Of a DNA stretch of 64,000 nucleotides, positions 21,087-30,553 are shown one piece after another. The stretch is from an uncultured virus (IMG/VR IMGVR_UViG_3300042562_001845) (Duplodnaviria; Heunggongvirae; Uroviricota; Caudoviricetes), in the IMG/VR virus record IMGVR_UViG_3300042562_001845; one strand, given 5' to 3'. Both the position numbers and the translations under genes were made by a program. Under the pieces are notes generated by a model. The model ran no database searches. It worked only from the letters and a program-made list of their open reading frames with translations, and was not told the DNA's origin. The first letter of the stretch is position 1. Each line of letters starts with the position of its first letter.

Positions 21087-21869
21087 ATGGCAGATGAATA
21101 CGTACCATACCAAGGAGGACTTACGATAGACGAGTTTATCGATAGTATAAACACTGAGCTTACAATAGGATGTTCACTTCCAAGAACATTACCAGATGCT
21201 ATGATCAGACAGATAGTAGAGAAAAGAGCTTTACCTTGGTTCTATAGATCCTACCAATACGCCGTTCAGAAGATGTACTTTCTTGTTAAAAAAGAAGCTT
21301 TCTTCTCTGAAGAGTTTACAAAATACAACTACGTACAGGTTCCATGTGAGATTCAATCTGTAATCTACTTATACGAAGTAAGAGGTGATAGTCTTTTTCA
21401 GTTAGGTATAAATACTCCTAACCTTTCTGTGAACTTAGGGGTTACTAACCAACCATACTTGTCTTCTTATGTTACAACAATCGGGGAGTTAGGTATGTAC
21501 AAAACTTTATTAGACAATATGTCTGACTTATTGAACCAATTGAACAAATATACTTTGAAGTATCAGTTCAACCAGTTGAACCATAGACTTCACATTTTAA
21601 CAAATGTTAAATATGATGTGATTATGGAAGCTTATGCTAATATACCACAGGAAAATCTTTTCAATGACGATTTGTTCTTCAAATATTGTGTTGGGTATGC
21701 AAAAACTGCATTAGGAAATATGGTTGGAAGATATGATTTTACTTTGCCCGGTGGTGTGAAGATAGCATCAGCAGACTTAATCTCACAAGGAAAAGAAGAA
21801 GTAAAAGAAGTTGAAGAAGAAGTAAAAGGACAATCAAACTCAGCATGGTTCTTTATGGTGAAGAAATGA
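21087..21869 (+). CDS. T4 gp13-like neck/head-completion protein
   Basis: C-terminal LGNMVGRYDFTLPGGVKI...GKEE pattern typical of the gp13 family. Confidence 0.72.
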   Translation: MADEYVPYQGGLTIDEFIDSINTELTIGCSLPRTLPDAMIRQIVEKRALPWFYRSYQYAVQKMYFLVKKEAFFSEEFTKYNYVQVPCEIQSVIYLYEVRGDSLFQLGINTPNLSVNLGVTNQPYLSSYVTTIGELGMYKTLLDNMSDLLNQLNKYTLKYQFNQLNHRLHILTNVKYDVIMEAYANIPQENLFNDDLFFKYCVGYAKTALGNMVGRYDFTLPGGVKIASADLISQGKEEVKEVEEEVKGQSNSAWFFMVKK

Positions 21870-21962
21870 CTTAACCTATTAATAATCAATAAGTTAGTAC
21901 GTCGTGCTTGGAATAGACAAGAGGTCCAGACTAAGTAGAGAAGAAATAAAAAACTTAATATC

Positions 21963-22625
21963 ATGAAATACTTAAAGAGATATAACGAAAATTTTAAAGG
22001 TTTTGCTAATGTTGATACTAGTCAAGAAGCTTTCAATAGATGTCAAAACTTATCAGAGGACGAATTATTAAAAATATTAAGAGAAAATTGTAAAAACTTT
22101 TCACTTAGTAATGACCTTTTATATAGAAATAAAGAATATTCTGGTGATTTTCAATTATTTAAACCATATAAAAGAAGAGCAAACCCAGTAACTTTTCCAA
22201 AATTCTTTAATAGAATAGAAGACGATTCAAACTATCCCGTTAAAAGAAAGTTGTCTTTGATAGGTGGTACGAATCCATCATTCATATCGGATTTGTTCCG
22301 GGATAAAATGGCAAGCAATATCAATAGCGATTCAGATTTTACAGTTTATATAGTTATACCATTTGATAATTCTAAGATTGTTTTTTGTCCAGTTCCGGAT
22401 TTATTATTTTTAGACGATAGAACAAAAGAAGAATATGTGAGTGGTGAGCCAGTTAGTGATAAAAACTTTGTGATGGTTGAATATACAAAAGACTTTAAAA
22501 TTCCTGAGGAAGAGTTAAGTAAACTACCCGGTCATAAATCATCTCATTCGGGTTATGAGTTTTTTACATCCAGTAATTGTTTACTAATTCATGAATCATA
22601 TATAGATATTTTAAACCAAATTTAA
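21963..22625 (+). CDS. Hypothetical protein with MKYLKRYNE N-terminal tag
   Basis: ORF; shared N-terminal motif. Confidence 0.7.
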   Translation: MKYLKRYNENFKGFANVDTSQEAFNRCQNLSEDELLKILRENCKNFSLSNDLLYRNKEYSGDFQLFKPYKRRANPVTFPKFFNRIEDDSNYPVKRKLSLIGGTNPSFISDLFRDKMASNINSDSDFTVYIVIPFDNSKIVFCPVPDLLFLDDRTKEEYVSGEPVSDKNFVMVEYTKDFKIPEEELSKLPGHKSSHSGYEFFTSSNCLLIHESYIDILNQI

Positions 22626-22628
22626 ATT

Positions 22629-22658
22629 AATAAAACCAGTCAATTGACTGGTTTTATT
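22629..22658. terminator. Palindromic bidirectional terminator
   Basis: AATAAAACCAGTCAATTGACTGGTTTTATT. Confidence 0.75.
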
Positions 22659-22891
22659 ATTTCATCTATTCTCATTTCTCTCCATTCGTCTAATGTAACG
22701 AAGTAGTTCGAAGCAGGCATGTATCTTTGTCCTTGATCGTTCATCACATCGACTATACTCATTCTATCAGGACCAAACTGATCCATAAGAACCGTATACT
22801 GCTTTCCGTAAGTAAATGTTTCCCAATTCTTTGTGATACAGACAATGATGTCGTCTCTTTTTAAGAGTTTAGTAGAAGATGTATTTTTCAT
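22640..22891 (-). CDS. Hypothetical protein with C-terminal REMRIDEII motif
   Basis: ORF. Confidence 0.65.
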   Translation of the reverse strand: MKNTSSTKLLKRDDIIVCITKNWETFTYGKQYTVLMDQFGPDRMSIVDVMNDQGQRYMPASNYFVTLDEWREMRIDEIIKPVN

Positions 22892-23183
22892 CCTCTTTGA
22901 TACAATAGATTGAGATAGGATAGATTCTCAAATCGTCGTTGCTTTCGTCAATCATAAATCTCATAGTACCATCTATAATCTCAGGGTTGATTATCTTAAC
23001 CGTTGCGTTGTGTAGTCCTTTAAGAACGGTATAAGAAACTTCATCCATTTCTTCAGTAAGAACCATATAGTTTTCTTTTCCCTGGATCTTTCCAGCCAAT
23101 CCTTCGATGAAGTAAGACTTCTCGATTATTCCTCTGAGTGCATCTGTTGCAGAACACTCTACTTTAATTTCATGCTTTACCAT
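22869..23183 (-). CDS. Hypothetical protein
   Basis: ORF. Confidence 0.6.
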   Translation of the reverse strand: MVKHEIKVECSATDALRGIIEKSYFIEGLAGKIQGKENYMVLTEEMDEVSYTVLKGLHNATVKIINPEIIDGTMRFMIDESNDDLRIYPISIYCIKEDEKYIFY

Positions 23184-23231
23184 TTCAAATCTTTTTGTTT
23201 ATAGTCTTTGTATTGGTAAAATAGGAAAAGT

Positions 23232-23441
23232 TTACCCGTGATAAATGATGTTTATCGATGTTATCTCAGTATCATCACTTGGATAGATTTCTTTGAAGAG
23301 CTCATATCCTTCGTGTAAAGAATAGTTGTCAAATCCTTTGTTTATCTTTTTGATGATTGGGATAAGAGAATTTATCTGCGTGTGTGTCACCTCAATCTTT
23401 TCACGACTCTCTTCTGTGTCTATTACTAAAAAACCTCTCAT
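23232..23441 (-). CDS. Hypothetical protein
   Basis: ORF. Confidence 0.55.
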   Translation of the reverse strand: MRGFLVIDTEESREKIEVTHTQINSLIPIIKKINKGFDNYSLHEGYELFKEIYPSDDTEITSINIIYHG

Positions 23442-23477
23442 ATAAGTTCTTATTTTTACTTATATATAAGTTTTTTC

Positions 23478-23855
23478 TTACACCAATAGATTTTTTATTT
23501 CTTCAGAACCATCAGGATTCGCTGAATGTATTACGTATTCTGGGAATTTAATTTTTCTTTCATTACAATAACTTAGCAAAAACTTAGCACAGTCTAATCC
23601 AGTATAAACACGATTCTCGTCAAGATTAAACCATTCTTCAAATGGTAGACTTTCTTTAAGTTCTACAACATCTGCTAAGTCATAATCAAATGTTACCAAA
23701 TCTGGAACACCATTATCTTCTATCCATTTTATGAATTGACCATATGAACGAACTATTTCCCATTCTTCATGGAATATACGACAATCTGCCCTATGATACA
23801 TATAAGTAGCACAATCTCTGGGAATACGCCAATCGTCTAAAAATAATCGTTTCAT
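23478..23855 (-). CDS. Cyclic-phosphate-processing receiver-like (cREC) protein
   Basis: LFLDDWR, LVTFDYDL, TGLDCA, IHSANPDG; TATGTTTG-N4-ATG. Confidence 0.75.
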   Translation of the reverse strand: MKRLFLDDWRIPRDCATYMYHRADCRIFHEEWEIVRSYGQFIKWIEDNGVPDLVTFDYDLADVVELKESLPFEEWFNLDENRVYTGLDCAKFLLSYCNERKIKFPEYVIHSANPDGSEEIKNLLV

Positions 23856-23891
23856 AGTGCAAACATAAGGATAAATTTTAATATATATATT

Positions 23892-23980
23892 ATGATCCGA
23901 CTTAGGACCGGAATAGTTAGAAGCCCCAACGGGTAAACTATTGAAACCACTGAATTCGCTCCTCAGTGGTTTCGTTTTTT
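23892..23980 (+). ncRNA. Candidate structured small RNA and/or 14-aa leader peptide
   Basis: GC-richer island in AT-rich spacer; three stems, the last an 11-bp terminator with U-tract; preceded by AATATATA. Confidence 0.5.
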
Positions 23981-24044
23981 AATAAACTTTTTTTATTTAA
24001 ACTTTAATAAAAATAATATATAAAACAAATAATAAAAAACAATT

Positions 24045-25010
24045 ATGGAAAATACAGAACATATTTTAAAAGAAAACCCGGGAAGATTTGTACTTTTCCC
24101 GCTTAAGTACCACGATATCTGGGAGATGTATAAGACTGCTGAGCATTCATTTTGGACGGCCGAAGAGATTGACCTAGCACAAGACTTAACTGACTGGGAT
24201 GAAAAGTTGAATGACGATGAAAGACACTACATCAAAAATGTCCTTGCTTTCTTCGCAGCATCTGATGGTATCGTAAACGAAAACTTAGCAGAGAACTTTG
24301 TGAAAGAAGTTCAATATCCAGAAGCGAAAAGCTTTTATGGTTTTCAAATCGCAATGGAGAACGTACACTCTGAGACTTACTCTCTTTTGATTGATACTTA
24401 TATCAAAGACGAAAAAGAAAAGGATCATTTGTTTAACGCAATCGATACGGTTCCTTCTGTAAAGAAGAAAGCTGATTGGGCTTTAAAATGGATCGATTCA
24501 GAATCATTTGCAGAACGTTTAGTAGCTTTTGCTGCAGTAGAAGGTATCTTCTTCTCAGGATCATTCTGTTCTATCTTCTGGTTAAAGAAAAGAGGTTTAA
24601 TGCCTGGTTTAGCTTTCTCTAATGAGTTGATTTCAAGAGATGAAGGTTTGCATTGCGAGTTTGCTTGTTTGTTACACAACAAACACATCACAAACAAAGT
24701 AAGTCAAGAAAGAATCACAGAGATTATTACTGAAGCTGTTGAGATTGAAAAAGAGTTTGTAACAGATTCTTTACCTGTATCTCTTATTGGAATGAATGCA
24801 AAGTTGATGCAACAATATATTGAGTTCGTTGCTGACTATTGGTTAAGTGAACTTGGTTGTAAAAAATTCTATAACGCTGAAAATCCTTTCGACTTTATGG
24901 ATATGCTTTCTTTACAAAACAAATCAAACTTCTTTGAGAAAAGAGTGTCTGAATATCAAAAAGCATCTGACAAGAATATCGACTTCGATAACATGGACGA
25001 TGACTTCTAA
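24045..25010 (+). CDS. nrdB: Ribonucleotide reductase class Ia beta subunit
   Basis: [52 protein letters not shown]. Confidence 0.96.
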   Translation: MENTEHILKENPGRFVLFPLKYHDIWEMYKTAEHSFWTAEEIDLAQDLTDWDEKLNDDERHYIKNVLAFFAASDGIVNENLAENFVKEVQYPEAKSFYGFQIAMENVHSETYSLLIDTYIKDEKEKDHLFNAIDTVPSVKKKADWALKWIDSESFAERLVAFAAVEGIFFSGSFCSIFWLKKRGLMPGLAFSNELISRDEGLHCEFACLLHNKHITNKVSQERITEIITEAVEIEKEFVTDSLPVSLIGMNAKLMQQYIEFVADYWLSELGCKKFYNAENPFDFMDMLSLQNKSNFFEKRVSEYQKASDKNIDFDNMDDDF

Positions 25011-25111
25011 ATATAAAGAAAATATAAAATGCCTGCTTATATAAAGAGCAGGTATTTTTGTTTAAACATATTATGTTGTTTTTAATATAATATAAAAAAT
25101 AATAAATGTAA

Positions 25112-26422
25112 ATGACAGAAAAAGTAAACGAACGTGTGAGCTACAAAGTTAAAGACATCTCTCTTGCAGAATTTGGAAGAAAAGAGATTAGACTTGCAGA
25201 GGCGGAGATGCCAGGATTGATGGCAATACGTAAAGAATACGAAGAAAAACTTCCTTTAAAAGGAGCTAGAATCGCAGGATGTCTACATATGACTATCCAA
25301 ACTGCAGTTCTGATTGAAACTCTTGTAGAATTAGGTGCAGAAGTATCTTGGAGTTCTTGTAATATTTTCTCTACACAAGATCACGCTGCGGCAGCAATCG
25401 CAGAAGCTGGAGTTCCAGTATATGCTTGGAAAGGAATGAATGAAGAAGAGTTTGATTGGTGTATCGAACAAACAATCAACGCATTCGAAGGTGGTAAATA
25501 CCTTAATATGATTTTAGATGACGGTGGTGATTTAACAAACTTAGTTTTTGACAAATATCCACATTTAGCAGAAGATATTAAAGGTTTATCTGAAGAAACT
25601 ACAACAGGAGTTCACAGACTTTATGAAAGAATGAAAAACGGAACTCTTTTATTACCAGCAATCAATGTAAACGATTCTGTTACTAAATCTAAGTTTGACA
25701 ACAAATACGGATGTAAAGAATCTTTAGTAGACTCTATTCGTAGAGCAACTGACGTTATGATGGCAGGTAAAGTTTCTGTTGTATGTGGATATGGTGATGT
25801 AGGAAAAGGTTCGGCGGCTTCTTTACAAGGTGCAGGTGCAAGAGTTATTGTTACTGAGATTGATCCTATTTGTGCTTTACAAGCAGCAATGGATGGATTT
25901 GAAGTAAAAAAACTTGACAATGTAATCCATTTAGCAGACATCGTAGTTACTGCAACAGGAAACAAAGACATTATTAAAGGTAGACACTTTCTTGCGATGA
26001 AAGATAAGACTATCGTTTGTAATATTGGACACTTTGACAATGAGATTGATATGACTTGGTTAAATAAAAGCTATTCTAAGATTGAAGTTAAACCACAAGT
26101 TGATATCTATGATGTAGAAGGAAAAGACGTTATCGTATTGGCAGAAGGAAGACTTGTGAACTTAGGTTGTGCTACAGGACATCCATCATTCGTAATGTCA
26201 AACTCTTTCACAAACCAAGTTCTTGCACAGTTAGAACTTTGGAATAACTCTGATAAATATGAGAATAAAGTTTATACTTTACCTAAACATTTAGATGAGA
26301 AAGTAGCCAGACTTCACTTAGAGAAGATTGGTGTAGAATTAGATGAACTTTCTAAAGAACAGGCTGATTATATTGGTGTTGCAGTAGAAGGACCATACAA
26401 AAACGACGAATACAGATACTAA
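25112..26422 (+). CDS. ahcY: S-adenosylhomocysteine hydrolase
   Basis: [50 protein letters not shown]. Confidence 0.97.
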   Translation: MTEKVNERVSYKVKDISLAEFGRKEIRLAEAEMPGLMAIRKEYEEKLPLKGARIAGCLHMTIQTAVLIETLVELGAEVSWSSCNIFSTQDHAAAAIAEAGVPVYAWKGMNEEEFDWCIEQTINAFEGGKYLNMILDDGGDLTNLVFDKYPHLAEDIKGLSEETTTGVHRLYERMKNGTLLLPAINVNDSVTKSKFDNKYGCKESLVDSIRRATDVMMAGKVSVVCGYGDVGKGSAASLQGAGARVIVTEIDPICALQAAMDGFEVKKLDNVIHLADIVVTATGNKDIIKGRHFLAMKDKTIVCNIGHFDNEIDMTWLNKSYSKIEVKPQVDIYDVEGKDVIVLAEGRLVNLGCATGHPSFVMSNSFTNQVLAQLELWNNSDKYENKVYTLPKHLDEKVARLHLEKIGVELDELSKEQADYIGVAVEGPYKNDEYRY

Positions 26423-26423
26423 G

Positions 26424-27269
26424 ATGAACGTTCTTTCTTTATTTGATGGTATGTCTTGTGGACACATTGCTTTAGAAAAGCTTGGTATTGAAGTTGATCA
26501 ATACTTTGCATCTGAGATAGAAGAAGCTTCTATTAAAGTAACTATGACAAACTATCCAAATACTATTCAAATAGGAGACGTTACTAAAGTGAATGGAAAA
26601 GATCTTCCAAAAATCGACTTGTTGATTGGAGGAAGTCCTTGTCAATCACTATCCAATGCTGGAAATGGCTCTGGTTTTGACGGTAAGAGTGGGTTGTTCT
26701 ATGAATGGGTAAGACTTTTGAAAGAATGCCAACCAAAATACTTTATGCTTGAGAATGTAAAGATGAAGAAAGAATGGCAGGCGGTTATTACTGATATCTT
26801 AGGTGTAGAACCAATTCTTATCAATAGTAATCTTTTTTCCGCTCAGAATCGTCAGAGACTTTATTGGACTAATATTCCAATGAATACTTTACCTGATGAT
26901 AAAGAGATTTACATCGAAGACATATTAGAAAGTGGATTTGATAAAAAGTATTGGTTACCTGAAAAGAACGCTGGATTGCTGAGCAAGAAAGTTGATATAA
27001 CTGGTGCACCCGATATCTGTTGTATAGATGTTTACAACAAACGATATAAGAAGGATAGAAAAAGTCCTACTTTAACACATCCTTGTCATAACTCTTTAAG
27101 ACTTTTACAAGATGGTAAGTTCAGAAAGCTAACGCCCATTGAATGTGAGCGACTTCAAACTGTTCCGGATGGATACACTAAAGGAGTTTCAGACACACAT
27201 CGATATGCGATGCTTGGAAACGGCTGGACTGTAGATGTTATAGCACACATATTTAAAAACCTCGTTTAA
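26424..27269 (+). CDS. DNA (cytosine-5) methyltransferase
   Basis: SLFDG, GGSPCQ, ENV, QNRQR, LGNGW motifs. Confidence 0.93.
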   Translation: MNVLSLFDGMSCGHIALEKLGIEVDQYFASEIEEASIKVTMTNYPNTIQIGDVTKVNGKDLPKIDLLIGGSPCQSLSNAGNGSGFDGKSGLFYEWVRLLKECQPKYFMLENVKMKKEWQAVITDILGVEPILINSNLFSAQNRQRLYWTNIPMNTLPDDKEIYIEDILESGFDKKYWLPEKNAGLLSKKVDITGAPDICCIDVYNKRYKKDRKSPTLTHPCHNSLRLLQDGKFRKLTPIECERLQTVPDGYTKGVSDTHRYAMLGNGWTVDVIAHIFKNLV

Positions 27270-27282
27270 GACGAGGTTTTTT
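27255..27282 (+). terminator. Intrinsic terminator
   Basis: AAAAACCTCGT-ttaag-ACGAGGTTTTT. Confidence 0.75.
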
Positions 27283-27308
27283 TGTTTTTATAAAATAATA
27301 TATAACGT

Positions 27309-27599
27309 ATGAAGATATTAAGATTTGAAGAGTTTGAAATAAACGAATCTCTACCTAATAAGAAAACGGTAAATCAGTTGAAAAAGGTTATGAAGCAGTC
27401 TGCTAAAACAGATATTGGAAATCGTATTTCGGACATGAACAAACAGGGAGCAAACCTACACTATATGCAAAATCCTATCGAGACTGGCATTGAATCGAAA
27501 GAAGACTATGACGAACACAACAAGAAATTCGTTTCTTCTTGGAACCTAAAAGGTATGTTAGGACCATTCAAAGGAGAAGACAATAAACAAAACAAATAA
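27309..27599 (+). CDS. Hypothetical protein with MKILRFEEF tag
   Basis: AATATATA-N4-ATG; tag. Confidence 0.65.
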   Translation: MKILRFEEFEINESLPNKKTVNQLKKVMKQSAKTDIGNRISDMNKQGANLHYMQNPIETGIESKEDYDEHNKKFVSSWNLKGMLGPFKGEDNKQNK

Positions 27600-27609
27600 A
27601 TATTTAAAA

Positions 27610-28371
27610 GTGATTTATTTAGAAAAATATTTGGATTTTATGAGTAAAGGAATATTAATACCTATTGGTGGGGCCGAAAGTAAAGGATCTAAAGTAGATA
27701 TAGATAATAGTATTCTATCAGAAGTTATAAAAGTTTCTAAATTTGGAACGGATTCAAATATTATAATAATTCCAACCGCATCATCTTATCAAAATGAAAT
27801 AGATTCTGAATATAGAACTACTTTTGAAAGATTTGGATGTAAAAATATAAAAACATTATTCATATCATCAAAAGATGAAGTAGATTCTGCTGATAATTTG
27901 GATCTATTAAACAATTCAAATATTTTAATGTTTTCAGGTGGTAATCAATCAAAAATAAGTGAATGTTTTTTAGGTACTAAATTTTTAGAATGTTTAAAAA
28001 ATAAATTTAACTCAGAACACTTTGTTTTGGTGGGTACATCAGCAGGAGCAATGTGTATGTCAGAAAACATGATAACTGGCGGTGATAAAAATGTTAAATG
28101 TGGAATAGGTCTTTCTTTAATACCCGAATTTATAATTGATAGTCACTTTATCGAAAGAGATAGACTCGGTAGACTAGTTGAGGCAATTTCTATTTATCCA
28201 AATAGAATTGGTGTTGGTTTGGCAGAAGATACAGCAATCATAATAAAGAATGGTAAATTTAGGGTTATAGGATCTGGCAATGTTACCGTTTTCGATTCCA
28301 ATGATTTGAAAAATGATTTAGAGTTTAGCGTTTTATCGTCAGGTGATACATTTAATATTAAAAATATATAA
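27610..28371 (+). CDS. cphB: Cyanophycinase (peptidase S51)
   Basis: LIPIGGAE, IIPTAS, SGGNQ, catalytic GTSAGA, IDSHF.ER.R.GRL. Confidence 0.88.
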   Translation: MIYLEKYLDFMSKGILIPIGGAESKGSKVDIDNSILSEVIKVSKFGTDSNIIIIPTASSYQNEIDSEYRTTFERFGCKNIKTLFISSKDEVDSADNLDLLNNSNILMFSGGNQSKISECFLGTKFLECLKNKFNSEHFVLVGTSAGAMCMSENMITGGDKNVKCGIGLSLIPEFIIDSHFIERDRLGRLVEAISIYPNRIGVGLAEDTAIIIKNGKFRVIGSGNVTVFDSNDLKNDLEFSVLSSGDTFNIKNI

Positions 28372-28376
28372 ATAAT

Positions 28377-29261
28377 ATGAAATATCTAAGCAAATACGAA
28401 AGTTTTTTAAATATCATAAAAGAGGCGGTATCCAATAGAAAGTTGATTCTTCTATCAGGACCTAGTGCTTCCGGAAAGTCATATCTGGCGGAAAAAACTT
28501 TAGGTGCAAAAAATTGGTACGAAGGAGATACTTCTGTAGCTTTGATTGGAACCGACAACTTTGGTGGTGAATCGAAGAAGACATTTCCAATGTTCTCAAA
28601 GTTGTTGAAGGAATTTGGTTGTCCGGAACTGGCTAAGTTTAAAGGAGACTGGTATTGGCTTATAGAGCTTTACAAAGATGACTACAAGAAATGGCAAGAA
28701 GTTGCATCAGATGAAGAGAAGAAGAAATACGAAGAACTAAAAAGAAAGCTTCCTTTTGAGAAGTCACAAGACGAAAGTAAAAACTTTCCACACTACGGAA
28801 AGGATGGTAGGATTTGTGGAATGGCTTGGACAGCACACCTGTTACCAGAATCAGTAACCACCATTATATTCGACGACATATCAACAGGAATAGAAAACTA
28901 TTTCAAAGTGCAAGACATTCTTGCTTTCACTCCATTGGATTGGATGATGAAGAACATCAAGTCTAGGGAAATCAATGTGAACGAAGAAGGAACTACCTTA
29001 TATCAATATTGTGATTGGTTTATGGCAACAGACAAACCAGACTTAGATAATAAGATGTATACCGCAGAAATACTGACTGAGCTTTTAACAGAAGCAGGTC
29101 ATGACAATCCAAAAGAAATACTAATCAGATTAGGAGTAAAAGGAGAGTTAGAGAATGAATTTTATATAACAACAAAACCAGGAGTTAAACCTGAAATTAT
29201 TGTAAACACAAGAGACAAATCTACAGGAAGAGCAATCGGAATAGATGACTTATCGATATAA
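28377..29261 (+). CDS. P-loop kinase-like protein with MKYLSKYESF tag
   Basis: Walker A GPSASGKS; IIFDD. Confidence 0.7.
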   Translation: MKYLSKYESFLNIIKEAVSNRKLILLSGPSASGKSYLAEKTLGAKNWYEGDTSVALIGTDNFGGESKKTFPMFSKLLKEFGCPELAKFKGDWYWLIELYKDDYKKWQEVASDEEKKKYEELKRKLPFEKSQDESKNFPHYGKDGRICGMAWTAHLLPESVTTIIFDDISTGIENYFKVQDILAFTPLDWMMKNIKSREINVNEEGTTLYQYCDWFMATDKPDLDNKMYTAEILTELLTEAGHDNPKEILIRLGVKGELENEFYITTKPGVKPEIIVNTRDKSTGRAIGIDDLSI

Positions 29262-29279
29262 AAAATTAATATATAAACT

Positions 29280-29567
29280 ATGAAATATTTAAAAACATTT
29301 GAAGGCTACAACGATAAGAGTTTAGCAAGAGAGATTGCAGAAGACTTACTTCCACAACTACAAAAGATTAGAGACGAAAAAGGAATCTTTACCGTAAGTA
29401 TGTTCGACAACTTCATGGAAGAAAGAAAAGGAGATATGAAATTGACTGACGAAGTTATTTCAGAACTTGTTGATTTAGGATTCCAATTCGACTATGATGA
29501 TTCAGAAGACGAATATGACAGAGATCCTTTTGAAGGATACCCAGGAATGGAATACAGCTTAAACTAA
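29280..29567 (+). CDS. Hypothetical acidic protein with MKYLKTFE tag
   Basis: AATATATA-N4-ATG. Confidence 0.7.
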   Translation: MKYLKTFEGYNDKSLAREIAEDLLPQLQKIRDEKGIFTVSMFDNFMEERKGDMKLTDEVISELVDLGFQFDYDDSEDEYDRDPFEGYPGMEYSLN

Positions 29568-29571
29568 ATAA

Positions 29572-29597
29572 AAAAGAGACTCAACTGAGTCTCTTTT
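29572..29597. terminator. Bidirectional terminator
   Basis: AAAAGAGACTCA-ac-TGAGTCTCTTTT. Confidence 0.85.
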
Positions 29598-29598
29598 G

Positions 29599-29769
29599 TT
29601 ATTTTAAAACCATATATTTTACACCATCAACAATCTTAACGACATATTTACCAGTGTCTTTTTTCTCGACTTTTTTAGTAGCACGCTTAGACGCAGTTGC
29701 ACCTTTAACACTTTTTTCAGCCTCACCAAATTTGTTTTTTAAAACTTCCCTCATTGAATATCTTTCCAT
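29599..29769 (-). CDS. 56-aa basic protein missing from the ORF track
   Basis: Manual translation MERYSMREVLKNKFGEAEKSVKGATASKRATKKVEKKDTGKYVVKIVDGVKYMVLK; TATCTTTG at 29795-29802; ends at terminator. Confidence 0.65.
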   Translation of the reverse strand: MERYSMREVLKNKFGEAEKSVKGATASKRATKKVEKKDTGKYVVKIVDGVKYMVLK

Positions 29770-29840
29770 AGCTTTTCGTTTTTAGATTGTCTTACAAAGA
29801 TAAGAATCTTTTTGAATGTGGTCACTATAATATATAGAAT

Positions 29841-30371
29841 ATGAAAATAAAGAAATATACACAGTTTTTAAACGAATCAAGTGGGTTTAGTCTTGGTTGT
29901 GTTATGATAGAAGTTCCGGTATCAAACTGGGAAGAAATAACATCATCTATTACAGAAGAAGATCTTTATACAGATGAAGGAAAGCCAGGTATTCAAGATA
30001 ATCCTCATGTTACTATTCTTTATGGATTACACGAAGAAGTTTCTTTGAATCAAATAAAATCTGTATTTGAAGGACTAAATGAGCGTATAGATATAAAGAT
30101 AGAAGGAATAGGAGTATTTGAAAATGAAAACTTTGATGTAGTAAAATTCAATGTTGTTCCAATCGGTACTTTACAAAGTCTACACGACAAACTTTCCGAA
30201 TTTCCAAACTCTAATGAGTATCCAGAATACGAACCACATATAACTATAGCTTATGTTAAAAAAGGAAGTGGTAAGAAATACGAAGACTTAGAATACAGAC
30301 ATAGTGTTGATAATGTTAATGAAGTATGTTATTCAATACCAGGTGGTTCCAAAGAATATTTCAAAATCTAA
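29841..30371 (+). CDS. 2H phosphoesterase, T4 gp57B/Acb1-like, with N-terminal tag
   Basis: Two HxT motifs: PHVTILYG and PHITIAY. Confidence 0.8.
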   Translation: MKIKKYTQFLNESSGFSLGCVMIEVPVSNWEEITSSITEEDLYTDEGKPGIQDNPHVTILYGLHEEVSLNQIKSVFEGLNERIDIKIEGIGVFENENFDVVKFNVVPIGTLQSLHDKLSEFPNSNEYPEYEPHITIAYVKKGSGKKYEDLEYRHSVDNVNEVCYSIPGGSKEYFKI

Positions 30372-30553
30372 TAAACTTATACATCAAATATTTATAGAAA
30401 ATAAAAAATGATTGAAAGTATTTTGTATCGTGTTATTTTTGGCCGAAAATATATGAAAAAAAATCGAAATAACCTAAACTTTTAATCACATTTTTAATAT
30501 AAATAATAACTAAACAGAGAGTTTAGTATTAAAAACAAATAAAAAGCAATATT

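Noticed and set aside
23892..23980. tRNA, SAH/SAM riboswitch or hammerhead ribozyme
   Set aside because: No cloverleaf or T-loop, no CUGAnGA core, and no match to riboswitch consensus I can recall; kept only as an unclassified element.
30372..30553. T4 gp32-style autoregulatory leader or replication origin
   Set aside because: AT-rich, but no pseudoknot or iteron repeats could be identified by eye.
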